64,000 nt of DNA from a virus (Duplodnaviria > Caudoviricetes): positions 1 to 64,000 of IMG/VR virus record IMGVR_UViG_3300043422_000045. One strand, written 5' to 3'. The position numbers and the translations under genes were made by a program. Below are positions 1 to 8,777 of this stretch, piece by piece. The notes below the pieces were generated by a model. The model saw nothing but the letters and a program-made list of their open reading frames with translations. It was not told where the DNA came from and did not search any database. Every line of letters starts with the position of its first letter. Within the stretch, counting starts at the first letter, position 1.

Positions 1-2
1 AT

Positions 3-1535
3 GGAACATCCGGTATTAATGGAACTTCTGGTTTAGACGGTGCTCAAGGTGCCGCAGGTGAAAATGGAACTTCAGGCATTAATGGACAAGACGGTGCTCA
101 AGGCGCTTCAGGTCAAAATGGAACATCAGGTATAGATGGAACATCAGGTATTAACGGTGCTCAAGGCGCTGCAGGTGAAAATGGAACTTCTGGTATTGAC
201 GGAACTTCTGGTTTAGACGGTGCTCAAGGTGCCGCAGGTGAAAATGGAACTTCAGGCATTAATGGACAAGACGGTGCTCAAGGCGCTTCAGGTCAAAATG
301 GAACATCCGGTATAGATGGTATAAATGGTACGTCAGGTATTGATGGTTCAAACGGAACTTCAGGTATCGATGGAACATCTGGAATTAGTGGAACATCTGG
401 AATTAGCGGAACATCTGGAATTAGTGGAACATCTGGAATTAGCGGAACATCGGGTATTAGCGGAACATCGGGTATTGATGGTGTTCAAGGCGCTGCAGGA
501 GAAAATGGAACATCTGGTGTTAATGGACAAGATGGTGCACAAGGTGCCGCCGGTGAAAATGGAACAAGTGGTATTTCTGGTATTGATGGAACTTCTGGTA
601 TTAACGGAGCTCAAGGAGCTATAGGTGCTCAAGGTGCATCTGGCCAAAACGGAACATCGGGTGTTAATGGTGCTCAAGGTGCTGTAGGTGCTCAAGGTGC
701 TAATGGAACATCTGGTATTAATGGATCACAAGGCTCTGTAGGTGCTCAAGGCGCTCAAGGCGCTAATGGAACATCTGGTATTAATGGCGCACAAGGATCT
801 GTGGGTGCTCAAGGTGCTAACGGAACATCTGGATCAAGTGGTCAAAATGGAACATCTGGTATTAATGGAGCTCAAGGTGCTGCAGGAACTTCTGGTTTAA
901 GTGGAACTTCTGGATCAAGCGGTCAAAATGGAACTTCAGGTATTAATGGAGCTCAAGGTGCCGCAGGCGCTAACGGAACATCTGGTATTAATGGAGCTCA
1001 AGGTGCTGCAGGAACTTCTGGTTTAAGTGGAACTTCTGGATCAAGCGGTCAAAATGGAACTTCAGGTATTAACGGTGCTCAAGGTGCTGCAGGTCAAGAC
1101 GGTACTTCCGGAGTAGATGGAACTTCAGGATCTTCTGGTATATCTGGAGCCGCACCTCTCGGGACTTTAGTATCTTATAAAATGACAATTAATATGAATG
1201 CGGGTAACGTTGTTAATATTGCTTCGGTTTCAGGACCAACTGGAGTTTTATATAATGGATCAGCATGGACTTCAGGCTGGGGATCAAGTATTTCTGGAAA
1301 TAATATCACTATCACACACCCGTTAGGTAAAAGAATTTTAAATGCACAAACGCATGCTACAAATGGAGCAAACACATTTTCAATACCGTTTACTGGTAAA
1401 ACAGCATCTACGTTTTCGTGTGTTCAGCCTGCTAGTTTTGCAACAGTTACTTTTAACGCAGTAACTGGTATTAATACTGGTGGTGTAACAAGTGGAACAG
1501 GAACATTAGATATTACGTTTCAATCAGAGTCATAA
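3..1535 (+). CDS. Collagen-like (Gly-X-Y) fibre protein, 5'-truncated by window edge
   Basis: Frame 3 is open from base 3 ([24 protein letters not shown]...) to TAA at 1535; the track start at 801 is internal. About 128 Gly-X-Y triplets, then a ~125-aa beta-rich C-terminal domain. Confidence 0.85.
   Translation, partial: GTSGINGTSGLDGAQGAAGENGTSGINGQDGAQGASGQNGTSGIDGTSGINGAQGAAGENGTSGIDGTSGLDGAQGAAGENGTSGINGQDGAQGASGQNGTSGIDGINGTSGIDGSNGTSGIDGTSGISGTSGISGTSGISGTSGISGTSGISGTSGIDGVQGAAGENGTSGVNGQDGAQGAAGENGTSGISGIDGTSGINGAQGAIGAQGASGQNGTSGVNGAQGAVGAQGANGTSGINGSQGSVGAQGAQGANGTSGINGAQGSVGAQGANGTSGSSGQNGTSGINGAQGAAGTSGLSGTSGSSGQNGTSGINGAQGAAGANGTSGINGAQGAAGTSGLSGTSGSSGQNGTSGINGAQGAAGQDGTSGVDGTSGSSGISGAAPLGTLVSYKMTINMNAGNVVNIASVSGPTGVLYNGSAWTSGWGSSISGNNITITHPLGKRILNAQTHATNGANTFSIPFTGKTASTFSCVQPASFATVTFNAVTGINTGGVTSGTGTLDITFQSES
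21..307 (+). repeat. Exact ~107-bp direct repeat (21-127 = 201-307) inside the collagen gene
   Basis: Direct sequence identity at 180-bp offset; a second ~98-bp exact repeat lies at ~849-946 and ~975-1072. Confidence 0.9.
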
Positions 1536-1550
1536 AAAAATAATTACATA

Positions 1551-2402
1551 ATGAATCATTTAACAAAAGTGCCTACTAGATTTTTAGTAACCAGAATAGT
1601 TTCAGGTACATCAATAGTATTAGATACAATTACTGATGAAACTGACGTGTTTTTTGGTTATCCAACTTCATTTCAAGCAGAAGCTGTTATAGAAATACAG
1701 ACACACTCTGGCGCAAACACGAGAGAACCATTCATATACAGTGCTAACGATATTAAAGTAGGTGATTGGCTTGCTCAACCGACCGGTAAAACTTTTTTAA
1801 TAGAGGAAATAGTTGCAATTATCGATGACAGTAATATTATTTTAAAATTAAAAGATGAAAATTTATATAATTTAAAATCAGATCCTTCTCAAAGCGGTAA
1901 CAACTACCCAGATGAAGAACAACCAGGAGCTATCTTTGAATTAGATGAAGATGGAAATCCTATTTTAGCAGGTATTACCAATCAATCTGCTCAATTTCCA
2001 GGATTAACATATTGGATCGAAGATATTAAATCTAGATTTGAGTATTATTCAGTCGATGAAGAAGGCATCGAAACAGATATTGATTTTGATCAAAATTTAG
2101 ATGCTGAAATATTCGCTGAAGGTACTAATGGAAATGGATCATCTACTGGAATTACTATTGAATATACACCGTTCGCGGATTCAAATGTTGAAGTTAAAAT
2201 TAACGGAATTGGCGTTAATTTAGGTAACGGTGTTTTAACTAAAGATTGTTACTTTTCAAATGACGGCGGAATCACACCAAAATTAATAAAAAATATAGAA
2301 GCTGGAGATATTTTATATTGGAATGGAGCTAATGCAGGATACGAATTGGATCCATTAGACGACATAGATTTCGAATACGAAGCTTCTAATCTGGACTTAT
2401 AA
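1551..2402 (+). CDS. Putative virion structural/adaptor protein; C-terminal domain paralogous to ORF 7998
   Basis: C-terminal YTPFADSNVEVKINGI...YFSNDGG...NIEAGDILYWNG aligns with FTPFKDGSVNVLINGI...YFSNDGG...NIEAGDEIYWNG of 7998..8750. Confidence 0.6.
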   Translation: MNHLTKVPTRFLVTRIVSGTSIVLDTITDETDVFFGYPTSFQAEAVIEIQTHSGANTREPFIYSANDIKVGDWLAQPTGKTFLIEEIVAIIDDSNIILKLKDENLYNLKSDPSQSGNNYPDEEQPGAIFELDEDGNPILAGITNQSAQFPGLTYWIEDIKSRFEYYSVDEEGIETDIDFDQNLDAEIFAEGTNGNGSSTGITIEYTPFADSNVEVKINGIGVNLGNGVLTKDCYFSNDGGITPKLIKNIEAGDILYWNGANAGYELDPLDDIDFEYEASNLDL

Positions 2403-2447
2403 TTTATTACTAATATAATATTGTATTTTTATTCAGAAAATATATAA

Positions 2448-2475
2448 AAGCCTATCAATTTCGATAGGCTTCTTT
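2448..2475 (+). terminator. Probable intrinsic terminator
   Basis: AAGCCTATC-aatttc-GATAGGCTT then CTTT; weak U tract. Confidence 0.6.
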
Positions 2476-2533
2476 AATATATACATAACTGATAGACACT
2501 AAAGTTTATCTGCCATAAAAAAAAACATATCAA

Positions 2534-5137
2534 ATGGCACAAATTCGTTCAAAACAAATTCAGGATTTCTTAACTACAGTTAATTGGAATTCTGTAACAA
2601 ACAAACAAATTGTAAACGCATTAGACGTTGACGCTAGATTTGATTTAGCTGAAGGTTCTATCGATTCATTAGAGTCTTTAGTTGCAGCTGGTACATCTGA
2701 TTTAGTAAATTCAGTTGATTCTTTAGAGATTCAATTGTCTGCTGAAATCTATGATGCTAGATTGTACACTTCTGATGAGATGCTAAGAGCTTCTGAAGCT
2801 GAAGGTGTAATCAATAACTCTATTGATTCATTAGAAGCGGCTTTATCTGCTGAAATCGCGGCTACTAATGGTGATGTAACTTCAATCGAAGGTAAATTCT
2901 CTACTGAGAAATCAAGAGTTCAATCAGTTGACGCTGCATTATCTGCTGAAATCGTTGCTGAATACAACAGAGCATTCGCTGTTGAAGGTACTTTACAATC
3001 AAACATTGACGCTGAATACACTAGAGCATCTGGTGTAGAAGGTGACTTATCTGCTGAAATCGTTGCTGAATACGACAGAGCATTCGCTGCTGAAGGTGTA
3101 ATCAACAATTCAATCGATTCATTAGAAGGTAATGTATCTTCTATCGACACAAGATTAGGCGCTGTATCTGGCGATTTAGTTTCTTCTGTTGATTCATTAG
3201 AAGTTGCTTTAGCTGCAGAAATTTCTGCTACTAATGCTGATTTCGTTTCAGTTGATTTAGCTATCGCTGCTGAGCACTCACACCACACAGCTGCTGAAGT
3301 ATCTTTAGACACTAAAGTTTCTGCTGAAACTTCTAGAGCTACAGCTGCTGAAGGAGTATTAGATGGTAAAATCAACACTGAAAAAGGAAGAATCGATGCT
3401 ATCTTAGCTGGTTCTGCTGCTGATTTAGATCAGTTCGCTGAAGTTATCACTTATTTAAATTCTGTTGACTCTGTTAACGATTTAGATTTAGTTAACTACA
3501 TGGCTACTGCTGATGGTAAATTTACAGGATTAAACAATTCAGTTGATTCATTAGAAGTTGCTTTAAGTGCTGAAATCTCAGCTACTAATGCTGATTTTAC
3601 ATCGTTAGAAAGTAAAGTTTCTGCTGAAGATTCTATCGAAAAAGCTAGAGCTATTGCTGCTGAAGGTTCTTTAAACACTGCTATTTCTAATGAAGTATTT
3701 GATAGAACTTACGGTTTCCAAGTACTTGACGCATCTGTTGATTCATTAGAAGGTAACGTATCATCTATCGACACAAGATTAGGTGCTGTATCTGGAAACT
3801 TAGTTGATTCTGTTGATTCATTAGAAGTTGCATTAGCTGCTGAAATTACAGATAGATCTAACGCAGTTAACGCTGAAGAATCAAGAGCTATTGTTGCTGA
3901 AGGTTCATTAGATTCTAAAATTGGTTCATTAAACACTGTTGTTGGTGATAATTACGATTATTTATCAACTGAAATCACTAGCGCTAGAACTTATGCTAAC
4001 GATTTAGTAACAGATGAGCAAAATAGAGCTATGAACGCCGAAGGTTCATTAGAAACTAACATTTCTAATTTAGACCAAACAGTTAATAACAACTACAACA
4101 CTTTATCTGGTTTAATTTCAGACGAAGAAACTAGAGCAATGGCTGCTGAATTAGTATTAACTAACGATTTAGCTACATTATCTACTGAAGTTGTTAATGA
4201 AGTTGCATCTATCGACACAAGATTAGGCGCTGTATCTGGAAACTTAGTTGATTCAGTTGATTCATTAGAAGTTGCTTTAGCTGCAGAAATTTCTGCTACT
4301 AATGTTGATTTCGCATCGGTTGATACTAGAGCTGGTCAAATCGAAGCGTTAAACACTGCACAAAATGCATCTATCGATTCATTAGAAGTTGCTTTAACTG
4401 CTGAAATCTCAGCTACTAACGCAGACTTCACTTCATTAGAAGGTGTTGTTTCTGCTGCTGATTCAGTTGAAAAAGCTAGAGCTATTGCTGCTGAAGGTTC
4501 ATTAGATACTAAAGTTTCTACTGAAACTGCTAGAGCTGAAGCTGCTGAAAGCGTATTAGACGGTAAAATCTCTACTGAAAAAGGTAGAATTGACGCTATC
4601 TTATTAGCTGCATCTGCAGACACTGATACTTTTGCTGAAGTTGTTTCATTGATCAACGCAGTTGATACAACTAACGACAACGCATTCGCATCTTACGCTT
4701 TAGCTACTGATTCTTCTATCGATTCTATCGAATTAGCATTATCTGCTGAAATCGTTGCAACTAACTCAGATGTAACTGCAATCAACGGATCAATCGATTC
4801 ATTAGAAGTTGCTTTAGCTGCAGAAATTTCTGCTACTAACGCTGACGTTATCGAAATCAATTCTTCTATTGATTCATTAGAAGTTGCTTTAGGTGATGAA
4901 GAAGCTGCAAGAATCGCTGGCGATACTTACAAAGAGCAAACTGTTACAGGTATTGCATCTGGTAAAGCTTTCGTTTTATCTGCAGGAGTTAAATTCGCTT
5001 CAACTAACGACTTAGAAGTATTCGTTAACGGTTTGAAAGTTGAATTTACAACTACAGACGGTATCTCTTTCGAGATCGTTTCTTCTTACGAATTAGAAGC
5101 TACTGATAAAGTTACAGTATTAGGTATTCAAGCTTAA
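2534..5137 (+). CDS. Long repeat coiled-coil fibre protein (867 aa)
   Basis: About 12 S[IV]DSLE(VAL.AEI.ATN) repeats plus AE.SRA.AAEG.L repeats; strongly biased codons; small C-terminal beta domain (LEVFVNGL...DKVTV). Confidence 0.75.
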   Translation: MAQIRSKQIQDFLTTVNWNSVTNKQIVNALDVDARFDLAEGSIDSLESLVAAGTSDLVNSVDSLEIQLSAEIYDARLYTSDEMLRASEAEGVINNSIDSLEAALSAEIAATNGDVTSIEGKFSTEKSRVQSVDAALSAEIVAEYNRAFAVEGTLQSNIDAEYTRASGVEGDLSAEIVAEYDRAFAAEGVINNSIDSLEGNVSSIDTRLGAVSGDLVSSVDSLEVALAAEISATNADFVSVDLAIAAEHSHHTAAEVSLDTKVSAETSRATAAEGVLDGKINTEKGRIDAILAGSAADLDQFAEVITYLNSVDSVNDLDLVNYMATADGKFTGLNNSVDSLEVALSAEISATNADFTSLESKVSAEDSIEKARAIAAEGSLNTAISNEVFDRTYGFQVLDASVDSLEGNVSSIDTRLGAVSGNLVDSVDSLEVALAAEITDRSNAVNAEESRAIVAEGSLDSKIGSLNTVVGDNYDYLSTEITSARTYANDLVTDEQNRAMNAEGSLETNISNLDQTVNNNYNTLSGLISDEETRAMAAELVLTNDLATLSTEVVNEVASIDTRLGAVSGNLVDSVDSLEVALAAEISATNVDFASVDTRAGQIEALNTAQNASIDSLEVALTAEISATNADFTSLEGVVSAADSVEKARAIAAEGSLDTKVSTETARAEAAESVLDGKISTEKGRIDAILLAASADTDTFAEVVSLINAVDTTNDNAFASYALATDSSIDSIELALSAEIVATNSDVTAINGSIDSLEVALAAEISATNADVIEINSSIDSLEVALGDEEAARIAGDTYKEQTVTGIASGKAFVLSAGVKFASTNDLEVFVNGLKVEFTTTDGISFEIVSSYELEATDKVTVLGIQA

Positions 5138-5161
5138 TCTTAACTTATTAGTTATAATACT

Positions 5162-5195
5162 GAAAGGAGACCCGCAAGGTCTCCTTTCTTTTTTT
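5162..5195 (+). terminator. Intrinsic terminator
   Basis: GAAAGGAGACC-cgcaa-GGTCTCCTTTC followed by T7. Confidence 0.9.
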
Positions 5196-5203
5196 GATAA
5201 ATA
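5196..5203 (+). promoter_or_regulatory. Late-type promoter motif RATAWATA (representative of ~20 copies)
   Basis: GATAAATA/GATATATA/AATATATA lies shortly before genes at 2476, 5196, 7923, 10774, 13545, 16471, 17712, 21789, 22488, 26324, 30238, 31539, 32924, 36548, 37382, 39566, 51244 and 63927, and upstream of 35196, 44961 and 58206. It resembles the T4 late box TATAAATA. Confidence 0.75.
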
Positions 5204-5228
5204 CAGAAAGAAAAATAATATTTAAAAT

Positions 5229-6413
5229 ATGACTATAGGAATTACTATCGGATTAACCAAAGAGTATGAATCTTTATGGGTTAATGGTATTAAATTAAAT
5301 GCATTGTTTTTAGCAAATGCGTTAAGTCAAATAGAAGGAAATACAGTTTGGATTTTAGATACTTCTAGAAAGGTAGAAGATTTAACCAAAGTAATGTGGG
5401 ATATTAATAAATTTCCAGTTAAAGATTTTTATAAGGCACATAATGAAGTTGATGTTTTAATAACTTTAGGAACTTCTTTTCCAGAAGAATCTTTAAAAGC
5501 TTTTAAATCAATTTCACCAAATAAAAGAGTAGTGAAATACATGTGTGGAAATAATTACACTGTAGACATGGAAAGATCATTATTCACAGATGGTAAAAAT
5601 TTAGGTAAAGCAGCATGGGATATAGGTGCAGATCAGGTTTGGTACGTACCTCAACAAGAATATCAAAATCATTATTATTATGAAACTATTTTTAAAGCTG
5701 AAACATTTCCTGTACCTTTTGTTTGGGATCCAATGTTTTTAGAATCAGATATAGCACATAAAATCAAGAACGGCAAAAAGACACCAATTTATAAAGAAGG
5801 CGTTGAAAATTCTAAGAAAAGAATTTCAGTATTCGAACCAAATTTAAATGTTCTTAAATTTGCAATGATACCGATATTAATAACTGAAAGAGCCTATAGA
5901 AATAATGTAGAGTTCGATACTTTATTTATTGCTAGTGGAGAAAAGTTATTGAAAAATGATTATTTTAAATCTATGATTGTTAATTTAGATATAGTAAAAA
6001 ATGGAACGCCTAAGGTTAAATTTACACCTAGATACCCAGTGTCTCATTATTTGGCAGAAAGTGCAGAAGTAGTACTATCGCACCAATGGGAAAATCCACT
6101 TAATTATTCATATTTAGATGCATTGTATTTGAATTTTCCATTAGTACATAATGCTGAAATGATAAAAGACATGGGTTATTATTACCCAGATTTTAACGCA
6201 GAGATTGGATCAATTCAATTACAAAAAGCTATTGAAGATCATGATAAATCAGCAGCTAAATATAACGAATATAATCATGAAAAATTAAAAAGATATACAA
6301 TAGAAAATAAAAAGTTAATAGAAACATACAAAATGCTTTTAGAGAATTTATATGAACCTAACAAACACAATCTATCTCACAAATATGATTGGCAAACAAA
6401 CACATATTTTTAA
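5229..6413 (+). CDS. DUF2827-like putative glycosyltransferase (GT-B fold)
   Basis: N-terminal IGITI...SLWVNGIKLNALFL, plus VPFVWDP, ISVFEPNLNVLK and VLSHQWENPLNYSYLDALYLNFPLVHN, as I recall for DUF2827. Confidence 0.7.
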   Translation: MTIGITIGLTKEYESLWVNGIKLNALFLANALSQIEGNTVWILDTSRKVEDLTKVMWDINKFPVKDFYKAHNEVDVLITLGTSFPEESLKAFKSISPNKRVVKYMCGNNYTVDMERSLFTDGKNLGKAAWDIGADQVWYVPQQEYQNHYYYETIFKAETFPVPFVWDPMFLESDIAHKIKNGKKTPIYKEGVENSKKRISVFEPNLNVLKFAMIPILITERAYRNNVEFDTLFIASGEKLLKNDYFKSMIVNLDIVKNGTPKVKFTPRYPVSHYLAESAEVVLSHQWENPLNYSYLDALYLNFPLVHNAEMIKDMGYYYPDFNAEIGSIQLQKAIEDHDKSAAKYNEYNHEKLKRYTIENKKLIETYKMLLENLYEPNKHNLSHKYDWQTNTYF

Positions 6414-6415
6414 TA

Positions 6416-7303
6416 ATGTCAGATATACTTAATATTTTAAATCAATTTAACAATGGATCGGACGGTTCTTCTCCAAAACCTAACACAAAAAAGGATGGTG
6501 AAAATAAAAAGATACCTTTAGTTACATCAATAGAAACATATACACCAAGAGAATTATCTGAAATTTTAAAACCTAAAATTTCAATAATAATGCAGTCGTA
6601 TTTGGGTGAATACAATGGATCTAGAGAAGACTCTATTAAAAAATTCAATCGAGCTATTGAAAGTTTTAAAAATCAAATTTATAAAAATTGTGAATTGATT
6701 ATAGTAGCAGACGGATGCATGTTGACATTTAATACGTACTTGGCAAAATATCAACACGACGCTAATATTAAAATAGCTTACGTTGATAAAAAAGGTGTAG
6801 GTAAAATGTATGACAATGTTACAGAAGATAAAAAATTCTATAGAGGTTTACCTAGACAAATAGGTTTGGAAATGGCCACTGGTGAAGTAGTATCATATAT
6901 GGATTCAGACGATTTTTTATTACCAACATTCACTTTAGGTATTTTATCGTCGTATAACATGAAGCCGGACGCAGACTGGTTCATCAACAGAAGTTGGTAT
7001 GATAACATAGAAGCTGATTGGGAAAAGGAAACTGTATTTGATTCTTTTGACAGATCAGACGCTATAAGAATAGAAGGTATACCTAGTAAATGGGCTGCAA
7101 CTAAATTAAAAGATAATTTAATAGTTTTAAGTCCTTGGTTATTAGCTCACAAGAAAGGTGTTAATATAAAATGGAGAGACACCGTAGGCCACAGTGAAGA
7201 CGTGGATTTTAACACTAGATTACGAATGGACTACAAAAACGGTTTCGTGTATGCAGTACCTGCTTATGTAAGATGCCATTATACAGGACAATGGGATTAT
7301 TAA
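6416..7303 (+). CDS. Glycosyltransferase family 2
   Basis: KISIIMQSY, ELIIVADGC, YMDSDD (DxD) and SEDVDF motifs; ATG 6416 preferred to TTG 6389. Confidence 0.85.
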   Translation: MSDILNILNQFNNGSDGSSPKPNTKKDGENKKIPLVTSIETYTPRELSEILKPKISIIMQSYLGEYNGSREDSIKKFNRAIESFKNQIYKNCELIIVADGCMLTFNTYLAKYQHDANIKIAYVDKKGVGKMYDNVTEDKKFYRGLPRQIGLEMATGEVVSYMDSDDFLLPTFTLGILSSYNMKPDADWFINRSWYDNIEADWEKETVFDSFDRSDAIRIEGIPSKWAATKLKDNLIVLSPWLLAHKKGVNIKWRDTVGHSEDVDFNTRLRMDYKNGFVYAVPAYVRCHYTGQWDY

Positions 7304-7893
7304 GAATTTTTATCTTTTAAACTATTCTTAAAAACACCTAAACATATACTTAAAAATTTCTGTCTAGCTTTTTCATCATCTTTGGTATACCATTGATATG
7401 CCATAGAAGACTCGTACTTTTGAATTTCTTTTTTAAGATCTTCGTTTTTGAGTTTTATATTTTGAATTTGCTCTTCACCAATATCTTGTAAGTCCAAGTC
7501 TAAGTTACTAGCCGTTCTTAATAATAAACCCCAATCATAAGAGTTATTTGCTGTCGTAGCATTTTCATAACATTCTTTTAAAAATTGTGCTTCTTTTTCA
7601 GAAGCACTTTTTATTTTATCAGGATGGCACTTTAAAACTATTTTTCTAAATAATTTTTTAAATACAGCATCATTGTGATTTTCAATTGGCTCTTCTTCTT
7701 TAATTTCTGGGGTTTCAACACTAGGATTATTAGAAGGCATAAGTGCTTTCATAGCTTCGTTGTCACCAGACTCGACCATTGCATTTCTAAATTCACCTTC
7801 CGCAATAGAAGATATGTCCTTGACATCAATCAGAGATTCGTATAGATAATTGTAATCTCGTAATATTTTTTTTAATGTAGCACTATTATTCAT
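7300..7893 (-). CDS. J-domain-containing protein (only minus-strand gene in window)
   Basis: FKKLFRKIVLKCHPDK contains the HPD motif; the ORF fills an otherwise empty 600-bp gap. Confidence 0.75.
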   Translation of the reverse strand: MNNSATLKKILRDYNYLYESLIDVKDISSIAEGEFRNAMVESGDNEAMKALMPSNNPSVETPEIKEEEPIENHNDAVFKKLFRKIVLKCHPDKIKSASEKEAQFLKECYENATTANNSYDWGLLLRTASNLDLDLQDIGEEQIQNIKLKNEDLKKEIQKYESSMAYQWYTKDDEKARQKFLSICLGVFKNSLKDKNS

Positions 7894-7945
7894 GTATTTG
7901 CACTATTAGCGTTTATATTTATGATATATATTTTAACAAAAAAAT

Positions 7946-7961
7946 AGAGGTAATTACCTCT
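7946..7961. promoter_or_regulatory. Perfect 16-bp palindrome in the divergent intergenic region
   Basis: AGAGGTAATTACCTCT. Confidence 0.5.
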
Positions 7962-7997
7962 GTCTTGTAAACAAAAACAAAAAATAAAAAACAATTC

Positions 7998-8750
7998 ATG
8001 GCACAGATTAAAATCAAACAAGTTGATGGTTTACAGTCTATATTAGATGCATTAACTGTCGCTGTTACATCTGGTTCTTTGAAATCGTCTTACACACAAA
8101 ATTCTCACGGCTTTACAGCTGGTATGATTCTTTCGTATGTTGATGGTTCTTGGGTTCCAGCAGATGCTACAACAGAAGAGACCTTAGGTAGAATCGTTGT
8201 AGAGAGTGTAACAACAAACACATTTGTTGGAGTTCAAGTTGGTACTATCACAATTCCATCATGGGATTTAACACCAGGTTCGTACTACGTAGTAGACGAA
8301 TCAGGAACAGGTATTCCAGCTGAATTTACCAGCAACGATGCTTACAATGTAAGCAACCCTGTTTTACAGGCATTAACATCATCGATTGCCCACGTACTTC
8401 CTTGGAGACCTTCTATCGGAAAACAAATTATCGAAGTACCTGTTGCAATTACACAAACAATTCTTGCATTACCAACTTCTGGTAATTACCAACCTACTGG
8501 TTTAACAATGCAATTTACACCATTTAAAGATGGTTCTGTAAACGTATTAATCAATGGTATTTCTGTATTAGAAGGTGACGGAGTTAGAACAAACGAAGCT
8601 TATTTTTCAAACGACGGTGGTTTAACAGCAAAAACTTTAGCAAATATTGAAGCTGGTGATGAAATTTACTGGAACGGTGATATTGCAGGTTTTGATTTAT
8701 CTGGTACAGATCAAATTGACGTTGAATATCAAAGAACAACAAACGCTTAA
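7998..8750 (+). CDS. Putative virion decoration/adaptor protein
   Basis: N-terminal MAQIKIKQV resembles MAQIRSKQI of ORF 2534; internal HGFTAG...WVPADA...LTPGSYYV decoration-type segment; C-terminal domain shared with ORF 1551. Confidence 0.6.
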   Translation: MAQIKIKQVDGLQSILDALTVAVTSGSLKSSYTQNSHGFTAGMILSYVDGSWVPADATTEETLGRIVVESVTTNTFVGVQVGTITIPSWDLTPGSYYVVDESGTGIPAEFTSNDAYNVSNPVLQALTSSIAHVLPWRPSIGKQIIEVPVAITQTILALPTSGNYQPTGLTMQFTPFKDGSVNVLINGISVLEGDGVRTNEAYFSNDGGLTAKTLANIEAGDEIYWNGDIAGFDLSGTDQIDVEYQRTTNA

Positions 8751-8777
8751 TCAAAAAATAAAAACAAACATTAAAAA

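Noticed and set aside
325-695. Track ORFs 325..624 (+) and 360..695 (-) with LEHLE/STNSRC repeats
   Set aside because: Off-frame shadows of the Gly-X-Y gene in frame 3.
2920-4680. Several minus-strand ORFs opposite the 867-aa gene, and similar antisense ORFs elsewhere
   Set aside because: Antisense shadows of biased-codon + strand genes; fully overlapping, no motifs.
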